This document shows positions 52,367-62,297 of a stretch of 64,000 nt of DNA, piece after piece (the first letter of the stretch is position 1; every line of letters begins with the position of its first letter). The stretch spans positions 110,829 to 174,828 of the forward strand of contig JAURKY010000008.1 in NCBI GenBank assembly GCA_030831475.1, written 5' to 3'. Source of the DNA: Burkholderiales bacterium. Its GTDB lineage: Bacteria > Pseudomonadota > Gammaproteobacteria > Burkholderiales > Methylophilaceae. The notes below the pieces were generated by a model that saw only the letters and a program-made list of their open reading frames with translations, had not been told where the DNA came from and searched no databases. A program made the position numbers and the translations under genes.

Positions 52367-52536
52367 ATTTTTGTGTCCTAAAAAAAGAAATTAAAAATAT
52401 GAATTTATCTATCTTCCTGGGAAGTTACATTCAATGTGAATTATTGATAAGTAATTCTTACGAATTTATTTAAATTCAAGAATAGAATATGCTTTTTTTT
52501 ATAAAAAATGTAAAAAATTTATCAAATCTTAAACAG

Positions 52537-53739
52537 CTAGCTTAGTGCTTTAGCGATTCGACTCAGGGCATCTTTTAAATTTTCAATGGATGTTGCAAAA
52601 GAAATTCTAAAGTAACCCTCTGCACCAAATGCAGAGCCAGGAACGACAGCCACACCAACCTTATCAAGTAAGTATTCTGAAAAAGCAAGATCAGTTGGCT
52701 CGCTTATTTTTTTTTGCTCAAAAAGTTTTTGAATCGCCTCGCTTGCATCTGCAAATGAATAGAAGGCACCTTGGGTAGGAAGGCATTTGATGCCATCAAT
52801 ATTATTAAGCGCATCTAAGACAAACGTGTGCCTTTGCTTAAATGCTGCCAGCATCGGCTTGATGCAATTTTGATCACCATTGAGGGCAGCTTCGGCCGCG
52901 ACTTGTGAAATCGACGTGGGATTTGAAGTCGATTGGGATTGGAGTTTTGCCATCGCAGCAATAATTTCTTGTGGGCCTGCAGCAAATCCTATACGCCAAC
53001 CTGTCATCGAGTAAGCTTTGGATACGCCATTTAAAACAATGACGCGGTCTTTTAGCTTTGGTTCGACCATGACAATATTAAAGAAGGGCTCGTCGTTCAG
53101 GTTAATATGCTCATATATATCATCAGTACCTATTAGCACGTGAGGATGGGCTAATAAAACATCCGCTAATTGTCTAAGCTCAGCTTTGCTGTAAACAGCC
53201 CCGGTAGGATTGGAAGGGGAATTGATAATAAATAATTTTGTTTTACTACTAATTGCTTCAGATAACTGCTCAGCACTGATTTTAAAATTTTGTTCAATAC
53301 CAGATTTTAAGACCACAGGCTTGGCCGCTGATATTTGAGCTATATCAGCATAGGATACCCAGTAGGGCGCAGGTATAATAACCTCATCCCCCACATTTAA
53401 TAATGCTAGGCATAAATTAAAGATACATTGTTTACCACCCACACCGACAATGATTTCAGAGGTTTTATAAGCTAACCCATTGTCTCTTTCGAATTTTTTA
53501 ACGATTGCCTCTTTAAGCGATTGTGTTCCTGATACAGCGGTATATTTGGTAAATCCATCTTGGATGGCTTTGATGGCAGCAGCTTTAATAAAGTCAGGTG
53601 TATCAAAATCAGGCTCGCCGGCAGCCAGACCAATTATATCTTTTCCCTCTGATTTGAGTTTGATGGCTTTAGCAGTGATGGCTAAGGTGGGCGATTCTTC
53701 GATACGATTAACGCACTGAGATAATACTGATTTTGACAA
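52537..53739 (-). CDS. aspC: Class I PLP aminotransferase (aspartate aminotransferase-like)
   Basis: GEPDFDTP, PYWVSY, NSPSNPTG, DDIY, SKAYSMTGWRIG. Confidence 0.9.
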   Translation of the reverse strand: MSKSVLSQCVNRIEESPTLAITAKAIKLKSEGKDIIGLAAGEPDFDTPDFIKAAAIKAIQDGFTKYTAVSGTQSLKEAIVKKFERDNGLAYKTSEIIVGVGGKQCIFNLCLALLNVGDEVIIPAPYWVSYADIAQISAAKPVVLKSGIEQNFKISAEQLSEAISSKTKLFIINSPSNPTGAVYSKAELRQLADVLLAHPHVLIGTDDIYEHINLNDEPFFNIVMVEPKLKDRVIVLNGVSKAYSMTGWRIGFAAGPQEIIAAMAKLQSQSTSNPTSISQVAAEAALNGDQNCIKPMLAAFKQRHTFVLDALNNIDGIKCLPTQGAFYSFADASEAIQKLFEQKKISEPTDLAFSEYLLDKVGVAVVPGSAFGAEGYFRISFATSIENLKDALSRIAKALS

Positions 53740-53822
53740 AATGACCCTAAGAATTAAAAAATAAAGATTGCCGTTATTTTACTTAAAAAAGAATTTTTCT
53801 TAAAGTGATCTTATTAAAGTTA

Positions 53823-54827
53823 TCAATTCTTTTTGGCAATGAGTTCTTTAAGCTCATCTGCTCTAGCTGGATTCAGTTCTTCGAGTGTATGACAAATTTT
53901 TTCGGCTTCAGCATCATGCCCCTGAATGTTCTCAATTACACCAATCCTGAACAAGGCATCGGAGTTATTTTCGTCAAAATTAACTGCTTTTAGGTATGCG
54001 GATTTAGCATCCTCATAGTTTTTAAGCATCTCGTTAGCATAACCATGCTCATACCAAGCTTCGGTATCTGATGATTCCTCATTTACCCATTGTTGAGTTA
54101 CCTGAATTAGTGAGTTCCAATTTTTTTTGACCTTGGGAATTGCAATTTTAAGGAAGAAAGGTTTGCTATCTTCATCCTCCTCCCAAAGTGCCTTTCCTTG
54201 AACAGGGAAGGTTGTAGTTAATGGAAGGGATCTCACATCATTAATCCACTCTGCAGGAACAGAATAGTACGATCCGTAACCTGTCGTTTTAAAAGTATTA
54301 ATACCGACTAAATTTCCGTCCATATCAAAAAGTCCACTGCCGCTGGCACCTAATCGAAACTTTGCTGAGCTTAATATAATGCTGCCCCCTTTTTTCATGG
54401 GGTACGTTGATATCACATAGCCTCCTGTTGTCAAAGGAACGGGAGCGCCGTTAGAATGCCCAATGCCCACCAACTCTTGACCCTTAACGAGGTTACGACT
54501 ATCACCAATGGGCACAGGCTTGCGATTGAGATTAAATACCTCTAATACACACAAATCTTTCCAATGATCGGCCTTGACGCCCGTGATTGAAAATGAATAT
54601 TCACCCTGTGAGACCCATGGTTTTTTTGTTTTTCTAAGCACATGACAATTTGTAACAACCTCGTTATCACCAGTAATAACTCCTGAACCGTAAGCTAAAG
54701 AACCATCATCTGCATAGCCACGAATCATGACGTTTGCTACCCATGCATCCATTAGTTTAGCTCGGTCATAAGCGAATACTGAATGATAGAAAAAAGAAAC
54801 AATCAGAAGATAAATTATTTTTTTCAT
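53823..54827 (-). CDS. Secreted trypsin-like serine protease with C-terminal TPRs
   Basis: Signal peptide; triad motifs TNCHV, DLC, GASGSG; TPR-like AWYEHG..A. Confidence 0.85.
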   Translation of the reverse strand: MKKIIYLLIVSFFYHSVFAYDRAKLMDAWVANVMIRGYADDGSLAYGSGVITGDNEVVTNCHVLRKTKKPWVSQGEYSFSITGVKADHWKDLCVLEVFNLNRKPVPIGDSRNLVKGQELVGIGHSNGAPVPLTTGGYVISTYPMKKGGSIILSSAKFRLGASGSGLFDMDGNLVGINTFKTTGYGSYYSVPAEWINDVRSLPLTTTFPVQGKALWEEDEDSKPFFLKIAIPKVKKNWNSLIQVTQQWVNEESSDTEAWYEHGYANEMLKNYEDAKSAYLKAVNFDENNSDALFRIGVIENIQGHDAEAEKICHTLEELNPARADELKELIAKKN

Positions 54828-54921
54828 CAGATATTATAAATTATTAATATTAATCCTGACCGAGTCAAATCATTAAAGTTCGATAGCTGATAAAATAATT
54901 CTTTTTTATTTAGAGTTTTTT

Positions 54922-56955
54922 TTGAATTTTACTTATCCTAATAGCCCATTTACCTTAGTATCTGATTTCAATCCTGCAGGCGATCAACCTCAAGCTATTG
55001 ATTTATTAACGCAAGGTATTAATGAATCTGAAAAGTTTCAAACATTATTAGGTGTTACTGGCTCTGGAAAAACTTTTGCAATTGCAAATGTTATTGCACG
55101 CACGGGCAAATCCACGATTGTTATGGCACCCAATAAAACGCTGGCGGCCCAATTGTATTCGGAATTTAGAGAATTTTTTCCTCATAATGCGGTTGAATAT
55201 TTCGTTTCTTATTATGATTATTATCAACCTGAGGCCTACGTTCCAGGCAGGGATGTATACATCGAAAAAGACTCGAGCATTAATGATCACATTGAACAGA
55301 TGCGATTATCAGCCACCAAGGCCCTTCTTGAGAGGGATGATTCGATTATTGTAGCAACGGTATCAGCCATCTATGGTATTGGTGATCCCGTTGATTACCA
55401 GGGTATGGTACTTTACATGCAGGTTGGTGAAAAACTTTTACAAAGAAATATCATTCTTAGATTAGTTTCAATGCAGTATGAAAGAAATGATTTCGACTTC
55501 GCGAGAGGTACATTTAGGGTTAGGGGAGATGTGATTGATATTTTTCCTGCAGAGAACTCTGAAACGGCAGTTAGAGTCACGCTTTTTGATGACGTTATCG
55601 AGTCTTTGACTACCTTCGATCCATTAACAGGTCAAATCTTTGACAAAATAAAACGTTTCACCGTATATCCATCCAGTCATTATGTGACCCCAAGAGATAC
55701 GACCTTAAAAGCGATAGAGCATATCAAGGTTGAACTCAATGAGAGAATTAAGTTTTTTGTGGATGAAAAAAAATTAATTGAGGCCCAAAGGATAGAGCAA
55801 AGAACTAAATTTGATTTGGAGATGCTCAATGAGATTGGTTTTTGCAAGGGCATTGAAAATTATTCAAGGCACCTATCTGGAAGAAAGCCTGGTGAGCCAC
55901 CACCCACACTTTTAGATTATTTACCAAAGAATGCCTTGATGGTAATTGATGAGAGTCATGTAACCATACCCCAGATTGGAGGAATGTCGAAAGGTGATAG
56001 GGCGAGGAAGGATAATCTGGTCGATTATGGTTTTCGACTACCATCGGCCCACGATAATCGTCCTCTAACTTTTAATGAATTCGAGTCTATTTTACCCCAA
56101 TGTATTTTTGTATCAGCAACTCCAGCCGATTATGAGAAATCCCATGCAAAAAGAGTTATCGAGCAAGTTGTGAGACCCACTGGTTTAGTGGATCCTGAGG
56201 TTGAAGTTAAAAAGGCCGATACCCAGGTGGATGATTTACTAGGTGAAATCAATCAATGTATCTATCGCGGTGAAAGGTGTCTTGTGACCACATTAACCAA
56301 AAGGATGGCTGAGGACCTAACGGATTATTTAACCGAGCACGCGATTAAAGTAAGGTATCTGCATTCTGATATCGATACGGTTGAGCGTGTTGAGATTATT
56401 CGTGATTTAAGGTTAGGAAAGTTTGATGTTGTCGTAGGCATTAATCTTTTAAGGGAAGGTTTGGATATCCCCGAGGTTTCATTAGTTGCAGTACTGGATG
56501 CCGATAAAGAAGGTTTCCTAAGGTCGGAGAGATCACTTATTCAAACAGCTGGTCGCGCAGCTAGAAATTTGAATGGAAGGGTGATTTTTTATGCTAATTC
56601 CATTACTCAAAGCATGCGAAGAGCTATGGATGAGATGGGACGCAGGCGAGAAAAACAAATAGCTTACAATAAAGAGCATGGTATTACGCCAGCGAGCATT
56701 GTTAAGAAAATAAAAGACATCATCGAGAGTGCTGAGGATACAGATGAATTTAAACGTCAACAGTCAGTTCGCAAAGAAAATCGCAAGTATGAGGATATGT
56801 CCGAACCTCAAATGATCAAAGAAATTAATAAACTAGATAAAGCCATGCACAAAGCAGCTAAAAACCTTGAATTTGAGGAGGCTGCAAAAATCAGAGATCA
56901 AATGAAATACCTTAAAGAGCAAGTTTATGGCGCCAATATTCAAGACAGAATATAG
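54922..56955 (+). CDS. uvrB: Excinuclease ABC subunit B
   Basis: [31 protein letters not shown]-terminal UVR domain. Confidence 0.99.
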   Translation: MNFTYPNSPFTLVSDFNPAGDQPQAIDLLTQGINESEKFQTLLGVTGSGKTFAIANVIARTGKSTIVMAPNKTLAAQLYSEFREFFPHNAVEYFVSYYDYYQPEAYVPGRDVYIEKDSSINDHIEQMRLSATKALLERDDSIIVATVSAIYGIGDPVDYQGMVLYMQVGEKLLQRNIILRLVSMQYERNDFDFARGTFRVRGDVIDIFPAENSETAVRVTLFDDVIESLTTFDPLTGQIFDKIKRFTVYPSSHYVTPRDTTLKAIEHIKVELNERIKFFVDEKKLIEAQRIEQRTKFDLEMLNEIGFCKGIENYSRHLSGRKPGEPPPTLLDYLPKNALMVIDESHVTIPQIGGMSKGDRARKDNLVDYGFRLPSAHDNRPLTFNEFESILPQCIFVSATPADYEKSHAKRVIEQVVRPTGLVDPEVEVKKADTQVDDLLGEINQCIYRGERCLVTTLTKRMAEDLTDYLTEHAIKVRYLHSDIDTVERVEIIRDLRLGKFDVVVGINLLREGLDIPEVSLVAVLDADKEGFLRSERSLIQTAGRAARNLNGRVIFYANSITQSMRRAMDEMGRRREKQIAYNKEHGITPASIVKKIKDIIESAEDTDEFKRQQSVRKENRKYEDMSEPQMIKEINKLDKAMHKAAKNLEFEEAAKIRDQMKYLKEQVYGANIQDRI

Positions 56956-56966
56956 CGCCTAGAACA

Positions 56967-56994
56967 TTGATTTATATTAAAAACTCATTATAAT
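56967..56994 (+). promoter_or_regulatory. rpsF promoter
   Basis: TTGATT-N16-TATAAT. Confidence 0.65.
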
Positions 56995-57007
56995 TACATT
57001 TTTTTTA

Positions 57008-57059
57008 AATCCTTGTCTCACAACATTAAGTTTGGAGACTATAACCATGAGGAGATTCT
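57008..57059 (+). promoter_or_regulatory. S6:S18 ribosomal protein leader (autogenous control RNA)
   Basis: TCCTT pairs with the SD GAGGA, GTCTC pairs with GAGAC, and an unpaired CCA (CCR) lies in the 3' internal loop just before the SD. Confidence 0.65.
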
Positions 57060-57440
57060 ATGCGTAACTACGAAGTAGTTTTCGTTGTCCATCCTGATCA
57101 AAGTGAACAGGTTCCGGCAATGATCGAACGACTACAAACCCTTGTAAAAAATCATAAAGGAAAAATCCATCGTCTTGAGGACTGGGGTCGAAGACAATTG
57201 GCTTATCCTATTCAAAAAATTCACAAAGCTCATTATGTGTTAATGAATATTGAGGTCACCCTCGAGGCATTAGCTGAGTTAGAAGAGAGCTTTAAATTTA
57301 ATGATGCAGTTATTCGTCATTTAGTATTTGGAACTAAAAAAGCAATCATAACCGCCTCACCGATGATGAAAGAAGAAAAGTCTAAATCTTTGATCGGTGA
57401 TAAAAAAGAGGAAAAGGTTGCTGAGGAAGAAGAAGCTTAG
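57060..57440 (+). CDS. rpsF: 30S ribosomal protein S6
   Basis: [17 protein letters not shown]. Confidence 0.99.
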   Translation: MRNYEVVFVVHPDQSEQVPAMIERLQTLVKNHKGKIHRLEDWGRRQLAYPIQKIHKAHYVLMNIEVTLEALAELEESFKFNDAVIRHLVFGTKKAIITASPMMKEEKSKSLIGDKKEEKVAEEEEA

Positions 57441-57443
57441 TCA

Positions 57444-57722
57444 TTGAACCAGTTTTCACTTTTAGGTGAGATCATTTTTGTTGGTGAGCTTCGTTTTACC
57501 CCTTCAGGTTTAGCTCTTTTGGAGTTTAAGGTAAGACATGACTCATCGCAGGACGAAGCAAATTTAACAAAAAAAGTTTATTTAGAAATTAATTGTAGGG
57601 TGGCAGGAAGGTTAGCAAATACAAGGCTAAACCTTGGAGATAAGAGAATTTTTAGAGGTTTTATGCAAAATAGGTCATTAAAGTCTCAACAAATTATCTT
57701 TCATGTCACTTCCATTGAATAG
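57444..57722 (+). CDS. priB: Primosomal replication protein N
   Basis: LRFTPSG, HDSSQDEA; between rpsF and rpsR. Confidence 0.9.
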   Translation: MNQFSLLGEIIFVGELRFTPSGLALLEFKVRHDSSQDEANLTKKVYLEINCRVAGRLANTRLNLGDKRIFRGFMQNRSLKSQQIIFHVTSIE

Positions 57723-57731
57723 GAGAAAATA

Positions 57732-57959
57732 ATGGCACGAGATATGTACAAAAGAAGAAAATATTGTCGTTTCTCAGCAGAGGGAATCGATCAAGTGGAT
57801 TATAAGGATGTGGATCTTTTAAAAGATTTTATATCTGAAAATGGCAAAATTATTCCAGCCAGGATTACTGGCACTAAAGCGAGATATCAAAGGCAGCTTA
57901 CGACCGCAGTAAAACGTGCTCGATTCTTGGCTTTATTACCATACACTGACAAACACTAA
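57732..57959 (+). CDS. rpsR: 30S ribosomal protein S18
   Basis: [27 protein letters not shown]. Confidence 0.99.
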   Translation: MARDMYKRRKYCRFSAEGIDQVDYKDVDLLKDFISENGKIIPARITGTKARYQRQLTTAVKRARFLALLPYTDKH

Positions 57960-57971
57960 GAGGAGATTGAT

Positions 57972-58424
57972 ATGCAAGTAATTTTATTGGAAAAGGTATC
58001 AAATCTAGGTGATCTTGGTGATGTGGTTAATGTTAAAGATGGTTTTGGAAGAAATTTTCTTATTCCACAAGGTAAAGCTAAGCGCGCAACAGAAGCCAAT
58101 AAAGCTGAATTTGAGGCTCGTAGGGCTGAACTAGAAAAACAACAGGCAGCCTTAATTAAGGCGGCTGAAAAAAAAGCCAAAGATCTGGAAGGATTTAAAC
58201 TTGATGTTAAGCAAAAAGCAGGCATCGATGGTAAGTTGTTTGGCTCTGTAACTAACATTGACATCGCAGAAATTTTAACTGCCGCTAAACATGAAGTTGA
58301 AAAATCAGAGATTAGAATGCCTAATGGTCCAATTAAGACGATAGGTGATCATGAAATCACGATTGCATTACATCACGATATCACCGTGCAAATCATGGTT
58401 TCAGTAACCGCTGAAGAGGCATAA
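57972..58424 (+). CDS. rplI: 50S ribosomal protein L9
   Basis: LGDLGDVVNVKDGFGRNFLIP, GKLFGSV. Confidence 0.99.
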   Translation: MQVILLEKVSNLGDLGDVVNVKDGFGRNFLIPQGKAKRATEANKAEFEARRAELEKQQAALIKAAEKKAKDLEGFKLDVKQKAGIDGKLFGSVTNIDIAEILTAAKHEVEKSEIRMPNGPIKTIGDHEITIALHHDITVQIMVSVTAEEA

Positions 58425-58441
58425 AAATTTTTTAATTTTTT

Positions 58442-58470
58442 AGGCTGCTATTTTAGGCAGCCTTTTTTTT
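58442..58470 (+). terminator. Intrinsic terminator of the rpsF operon
   Basis: AGGCTGC-TATTTTAG-GCAGCCT plus T run. Confidence 0.85.
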
Positions 58471-58489
58471 ATTCGCTATAATCATAGCT

Positions 58490-59863
58490 ATGGCTGATGA
58501 TCAAATTGATAATTTAAAAGTACCCCCGCATTCCGTTGAGGCAGAGCAGTCTTTGTTAGGTGGCTTACTCATTGATAATGAGGCTTTAGATAAAATAGCT
58601 GACCTTATTAATGCAGTTGATTTTTATCGCTATGACCATAAATTAATTTATCAGCATATTTTTAAGGTGATTGAGAGCAATCAACCTGCAGATATTGTCA
58701 CAGTGGCAGAATCTCTTGAAAAGAGTTCTGAGCTTAATAATGTGGGCGGCCTTGCATACCTTGGATTGATTGCAGAAAACACACCCACATCAGCTAACAT
58801 TCGTGGCTATGCTCAAATTGTACGTGAGAGATCAATTATGCGAAGCCTTGTTCAGGTCGGCTCAGATATCGCTGAAAGTGCTTATTCACCCCATGGCCGG
58901 GATGCGCAACAACTTCTCGATGAGTCTGAGGCAAAAATTTTCCAAATCGCAGAATCTGGGAAAAGAGATAACTTAGGTTTTTCTGACATTCAGTATCTTC
59001 TCCCACAAGTTGTAGAAAAAGTTGAAGAGAGAATGCAAAATGACAGTGATATCACAGGTATTGCAACCGGCTTTACTGACATTGATAAAATGACCTCTGG
59101 ATTGCAGCAAGGCGATTTAATTATCATAGCTGGCCGCCCATCCATGGGTAAAACCTCTTTAGCCCTTAACATGGCAGAGCATGTTGCCATTGATTCAAAA
59201 CTACCTGTTGCAGTGTTTTCTATGGAAATGGCCTCACTGCAACTCGCAACTAGACTTATTGGTTCTGTAGGTCGGGTAGACCAGCATAAAATGAGAACCG
59301 GTCAATTGGATGATAATGATTGGGAAAAGTTAACGGACTCTTTGGGTCAGCTTAATGAAGCACCAATTCATATTGATGAAGGTTCTGGGCTTAATACTTA
59401 TGAAGTCAGAGCACGTGCTCGACGATTACAAAGACAAGTAGGTCAATTAGGTTTAATCATTATTGACTACATCCAACTGATGTCTGCCCCTATGGGAAAA
59501 CAGGCTGAAAATCGTGCCACTGAAATTTCAGAGATATCAAGATCGCTCAAATCACTTGCAAAAGAACTCAAGGTTCCGATTGTAGCTCTTTCACAGCTTA
59601 ATCGGAGCGTGGAACAAAGAGTTGATAAAAGGCCTGTGATGTCTGATTTAAGAGAGTCTGGTGCGATTGAGCAAGATGCTGACGTAATTATGTTTATATA
59701 CAGGGATGAGGTCTATAACCCTGAAACAGCAGATAAAGGGTTGGCTGAAATTTTACTTGCAAAACAAAGAAATGGACCCACCGGGATGGTTAAATTAACC
59801 TTTATGGGTCAATTTACTCGTTTTGAAAACTATGCGAATCCTGGTTATGATCTTGGCTATTAA
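58490..59863 (+). CDS. dnaB: Replicative DNA helicase
   Basis: PPHSVEAEQ, GRPSMGKT, IDYIQL, SDLRESGAIEQDAD; no intein. Confidence 0.99.
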   Translation: MADDQIDNLKVPPHSVEAEQSLLGGLLIDNEALDKIADLINAVDFYRYDHKLIYQHIFKVIESNQPADIVTVAESLEKSSELNNVGGLAYLGLIAENTPTSANIRGYAQIVRERSIMRSLVQVGSDIAESAYSPHGRDAQQLLDESEAKIFQIAESGKRDNLGFSDIQYLLPQVVEKVEERMQNDSDITGIATGFTDIDKMTSGLQQGDLIIIAGRPSMGKTSLALNMAEHVAIDSKLPVAVFSMEMASLQLATRLIGSVGRVDQHKMRTGQLDDNDWEKLTDSLGQLNEAPIHIDEGSGLNTYEVRARARRLQRQVGQLGLIIIDYIQLMSAPMGKQAENRATEISEISRSLKSLAKELKVPIVALSQLNRSVEQRVDKRPVMSDLRESGAIEQDADVIMFIYRDEVYNPETADKGLAEILLAKQRNGPTGMVKLTFMGQFTRFENYANPGYDLGY

Positions 59864-59866
59864 GAT

Positions 59867-60949
59867 ATGAGACCTTTATCAGTTAGTATTGATACTCAAT
59901 CCTTAAAAAATAATCTCAATATCGTAAAAAAACTCTCACCCAATTCAAAAATTATGGCGGTGCTCAAGGCTAATGCCTATGGTCATGGTTTAATTGAATG
60001 CGCTAGAAATCTATATCCTATTGATGGTATTGCTGTTCTTAATTTATCTGAGGCCATTGATTTAAGGGAGCATGGATTTGAGCACAAAATACTTTTGCTT
60101 GAGGGCTTTTTTGATCAATCGGAGATTGGTATTGCCTCAAGAATGGGGATTGATAGTGTGGCCCATTGTCATGAGCAAATCGAAATGATTAATCAAGCAA
60201 AACCTAAGAAACCTTTAAACCTCCATTTAAAATTTAATACGGGTATGAATCGTCTGGGTTTTCCAGTTCATGACTCAGCAAATCTGATAAATTCTTTGAT
60301 TCAAAATCCGCTTATCAATGAAATAACGCTGATGACACATTTTGCAAATGCTGATGAGGCTTCTGGCATCTCTGATCAATTAAATCAATTTCATCATATT
60401 CAAAATGAATTAAATTTAGAGAGATCGTTAGCTAATTCTGCTGCCATTATTAAATACCCTGAATCCCATTATGATTGGGTTAGACCAGGTATTATGCTTT
60501 ATGGAGCCAGTCCTTTTTCGGGAACAAATGCTTCAGAATTTAAACTCCAACCTGTTATGTCTTTAACGTCAGAAATAATTGCAATTCAAGAGATTAATGC
60601 CGGAGAATCGGTTGGTTATGGATCTTCATTTATAGCCAAGAAAAAAACAAGAGTAGGGGTGGTGGCATGTGGCTATGCTGATGGGTATCCAAGGCAAGCA
60701 AATTCAAAATCACCAATTTTAGTAAATCATAAACAAACACATTTGTTAGGTCGTGTCTCTATGGATATGCTTTATGTCGATATTACTGATATTTTCGATG
60801 CGAAAATTGGGTCCTCAGTTGAGTTATGGGGAAAAAATATAAGTGTCGATGAGGTTGCAGAGTGCTCAGGGACTGTTGGCTACGAGCTTTTATGTGCCAT
60901 CTCTGCATCAAAAAGAGTGCCTATGAGGTATGTTGATGGCAAAAAGTAA
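59867..60949 (+). CDS. alr: Alanine racemase
   Basis: AVLKANAYGHG, TGMNRLG, RPGIMLYG, GYADGYPR, GRVSMD. Confidence 0.97.
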   Translation: MRPLSVSIDTQSLKNNLNIVKKLSPNSKIMAVLKANAYGHGLIECARNLYPIDGIAVLNLSEAIDLREHGFEHKILLLEGFFDQSEIGIASRMGIDSVAHCHEQIEMINQAKPKKPLNLHLKFNTGMNRLGFPVHDSANLINSLIQNPLINEITLMTHFANADEASGISDQLNQFHHIQNELNLERSLANSAAIIKYPESHYDWVRPGIMLYGASPFSGTNASEFKLQPVMSLTSEIIAIQEINAGESVGYGSSFIAKKKTRVGVVACGYADGYPRQANSKSPILVNHKQTHLLGRVSMDMLYVDITDIFDAKIGSSVELWGKNISVDEVAECSGTVGYELLCAISASKRVPMRYVDGKK

Positions 60950-62297
60950 AGTAGCCTATCATTGTTCAGAATGTGGAGGTCAATCGACCAAATGGCAGGG
61001 TCAATGTCCGCATTGTTTTGCCTGGAACACTCTCGAAGAAGAAATTATAGAGACTAAATCTACCAATCGTTTCTCATCTATAACAAAATCATCTGGACTT
61101 CAAAAACTCAATGAAGTTGAGGCTGAAATTATTAATAAAACAAGTACGGGACTCAAGGAGTTTGATCGTGTTTTAGGTGGAGGGTTGGTTAACGGGGCAG
61201 TGATATTGTTGGGGGGTGATCCTGGCATTGGGAAATCTACTATTCTTCTTCAAGCGCTAGCAAAGCTGACGTCTCAAGCAGAGCCTGTTAACGTTCTTTA
61301 TGTTAGCGGTGAAGAGTCTGCTCAGCAAATTGCACTAAGGTCAAGAAGGCTTGAGTTAGAGGTTTCTGATATAGCGATATTATCTGAAATTAACCTTGAA
61401 AAGATTATTGCTAGTATTGAAAAACATCATTCTAATGTTGTGGTTATTGATTCAATCCAAACGGTCTATTCCGAGGAATTAAGCTCCGCTCCAGGATCTG
61501 TCACTCAGGTAAGAGAGTGTGCGGCTCAACTGACACGTATTGCTAAGCAATCCAATATAACCTTACTTTTTGTAGGACATGTAACGAAGGAAGGAACATT
61601 GGCTGGCCCACGTGTTTTGGAGCATATTGTTGATACAGTCTTATATTTTGAGGGTGATCCGAATTCAAGTTTTAGGATGATAAGGGCTGCTAAAAATCGT
61701 TTTGGAGCAGTCAATGAATTAGGTGTTTTTGCTATGACTGAGAAGGGTTTAAAAGAGGTATCTAATCCTTCGGCCTTATTTTTATCACATCATCATGAAA
61801 ATGTTAGCGGCTCATGTATTACTGTAACTCAAGAGGGAACTAGGCCTCTTCTCGTTGAGATCCAGGCGCTTGTCGATACGTCTCACAGTTCTTATGCAAA
61901 GCGTCTATCAGTTGGCTTAGAGGGCAATAGATTAACGCTTCTTTTGGCCACGTTGCATAAGCATTCAGGGATTGTTTGCTACGATCAAGATGTCTTTGTG
62001 AATGCCGTGGGTGGCGTAAAAATATCAGAGCCTGGTGCTGATTTGGCTGTCTTGTGCGCGATTGTATCCTCTTTAAAAAATAAACCTATTGATCAAAAAA
62101 CCATCATTTTTGGAGAAGTGGGTCTGGCTGGCGAGGTAAGACCGATTCAAAGAGGGCAAGAGCGTTTAAAGGAGGCTGCAAAATTAGGTTTTACTCATGC
62201 CATTATCCCTAAGGGTAACAAACCTAAACAATTCATTGATAATATGAAAATTGATGCTATAGAGAGTCTCTCTCAGGCCTTAGATAAAGTTTTTTAA
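60936..62297 (+). CDS. radA: DNA repair protein RadA/Sms
   Basis: C4 zinc finger, GDPGIGKST, KNRFG. ATG 60936 with GAGG preferred. Confidence 0.98.
   Translation: MAKSKVAYHCSECGGQSTKWQGQCPHCFAWNTLEEEIIETKSTNRFSSITKSSGLQKLNEVEAEIINKTSTGLKEFDRVLGGGLVNGAVILLGGDPGIGKSTILLQALAKLTSQAEPVNVLYVSGEESAQQIALRSRRLELEVSDIAILSEINLEKIIASIEKHHSNVVVIDSIQTVYSEELSSAPGSVTQVRECAAQLTRIAKQSNITLLFVGHVTKEGTLAGPRVLEHIVDTVLYFEGDPNSSFRMIRAAKNRFGAVNELGVFAMTEKGLKEVSNPSALFLSHHHENVSGSCITVTQEGTRPLLVEIQALVDTSHSSYAKRLSVGLEGNRLTLLLATLHKHSGIVCYDQDVFVNAVGGVKISEPGADLAVLCAIVSSLKNKPIDQKTIIFGEVGLAGEVRPIQRGQERLKEAAKLGFTHAIIPKGNKPKQFIDNMKIDAIESLSQALDKVF

Noticed and set aside
52445-52460. Fur box (TGATAAG-TA-ATTCTTA)
   Set aside because: The half-sites resemble Fur but the spacing is 7-2-7 rather than 7-1-7 in very AT-rich DNA; kept only as an unassigned palindrome.
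54828-54921. LexA box or tRNA upstream of uvrB
   Set aside because: No CTGT-N8-ACAG and no cloverleaf; only a 4-bp TGAC/GTCA repeat.
5719-61714. Dozens of 60-156 aa ORFs in the track that are antisense or out of frame to core genes (e.g. 9091-9561, 25541-25906, 41921-42298, 57956-58264)
   Set aside because: They lie within well-supported genes and show no recognisable motifs; they are typical shadow ORFs.
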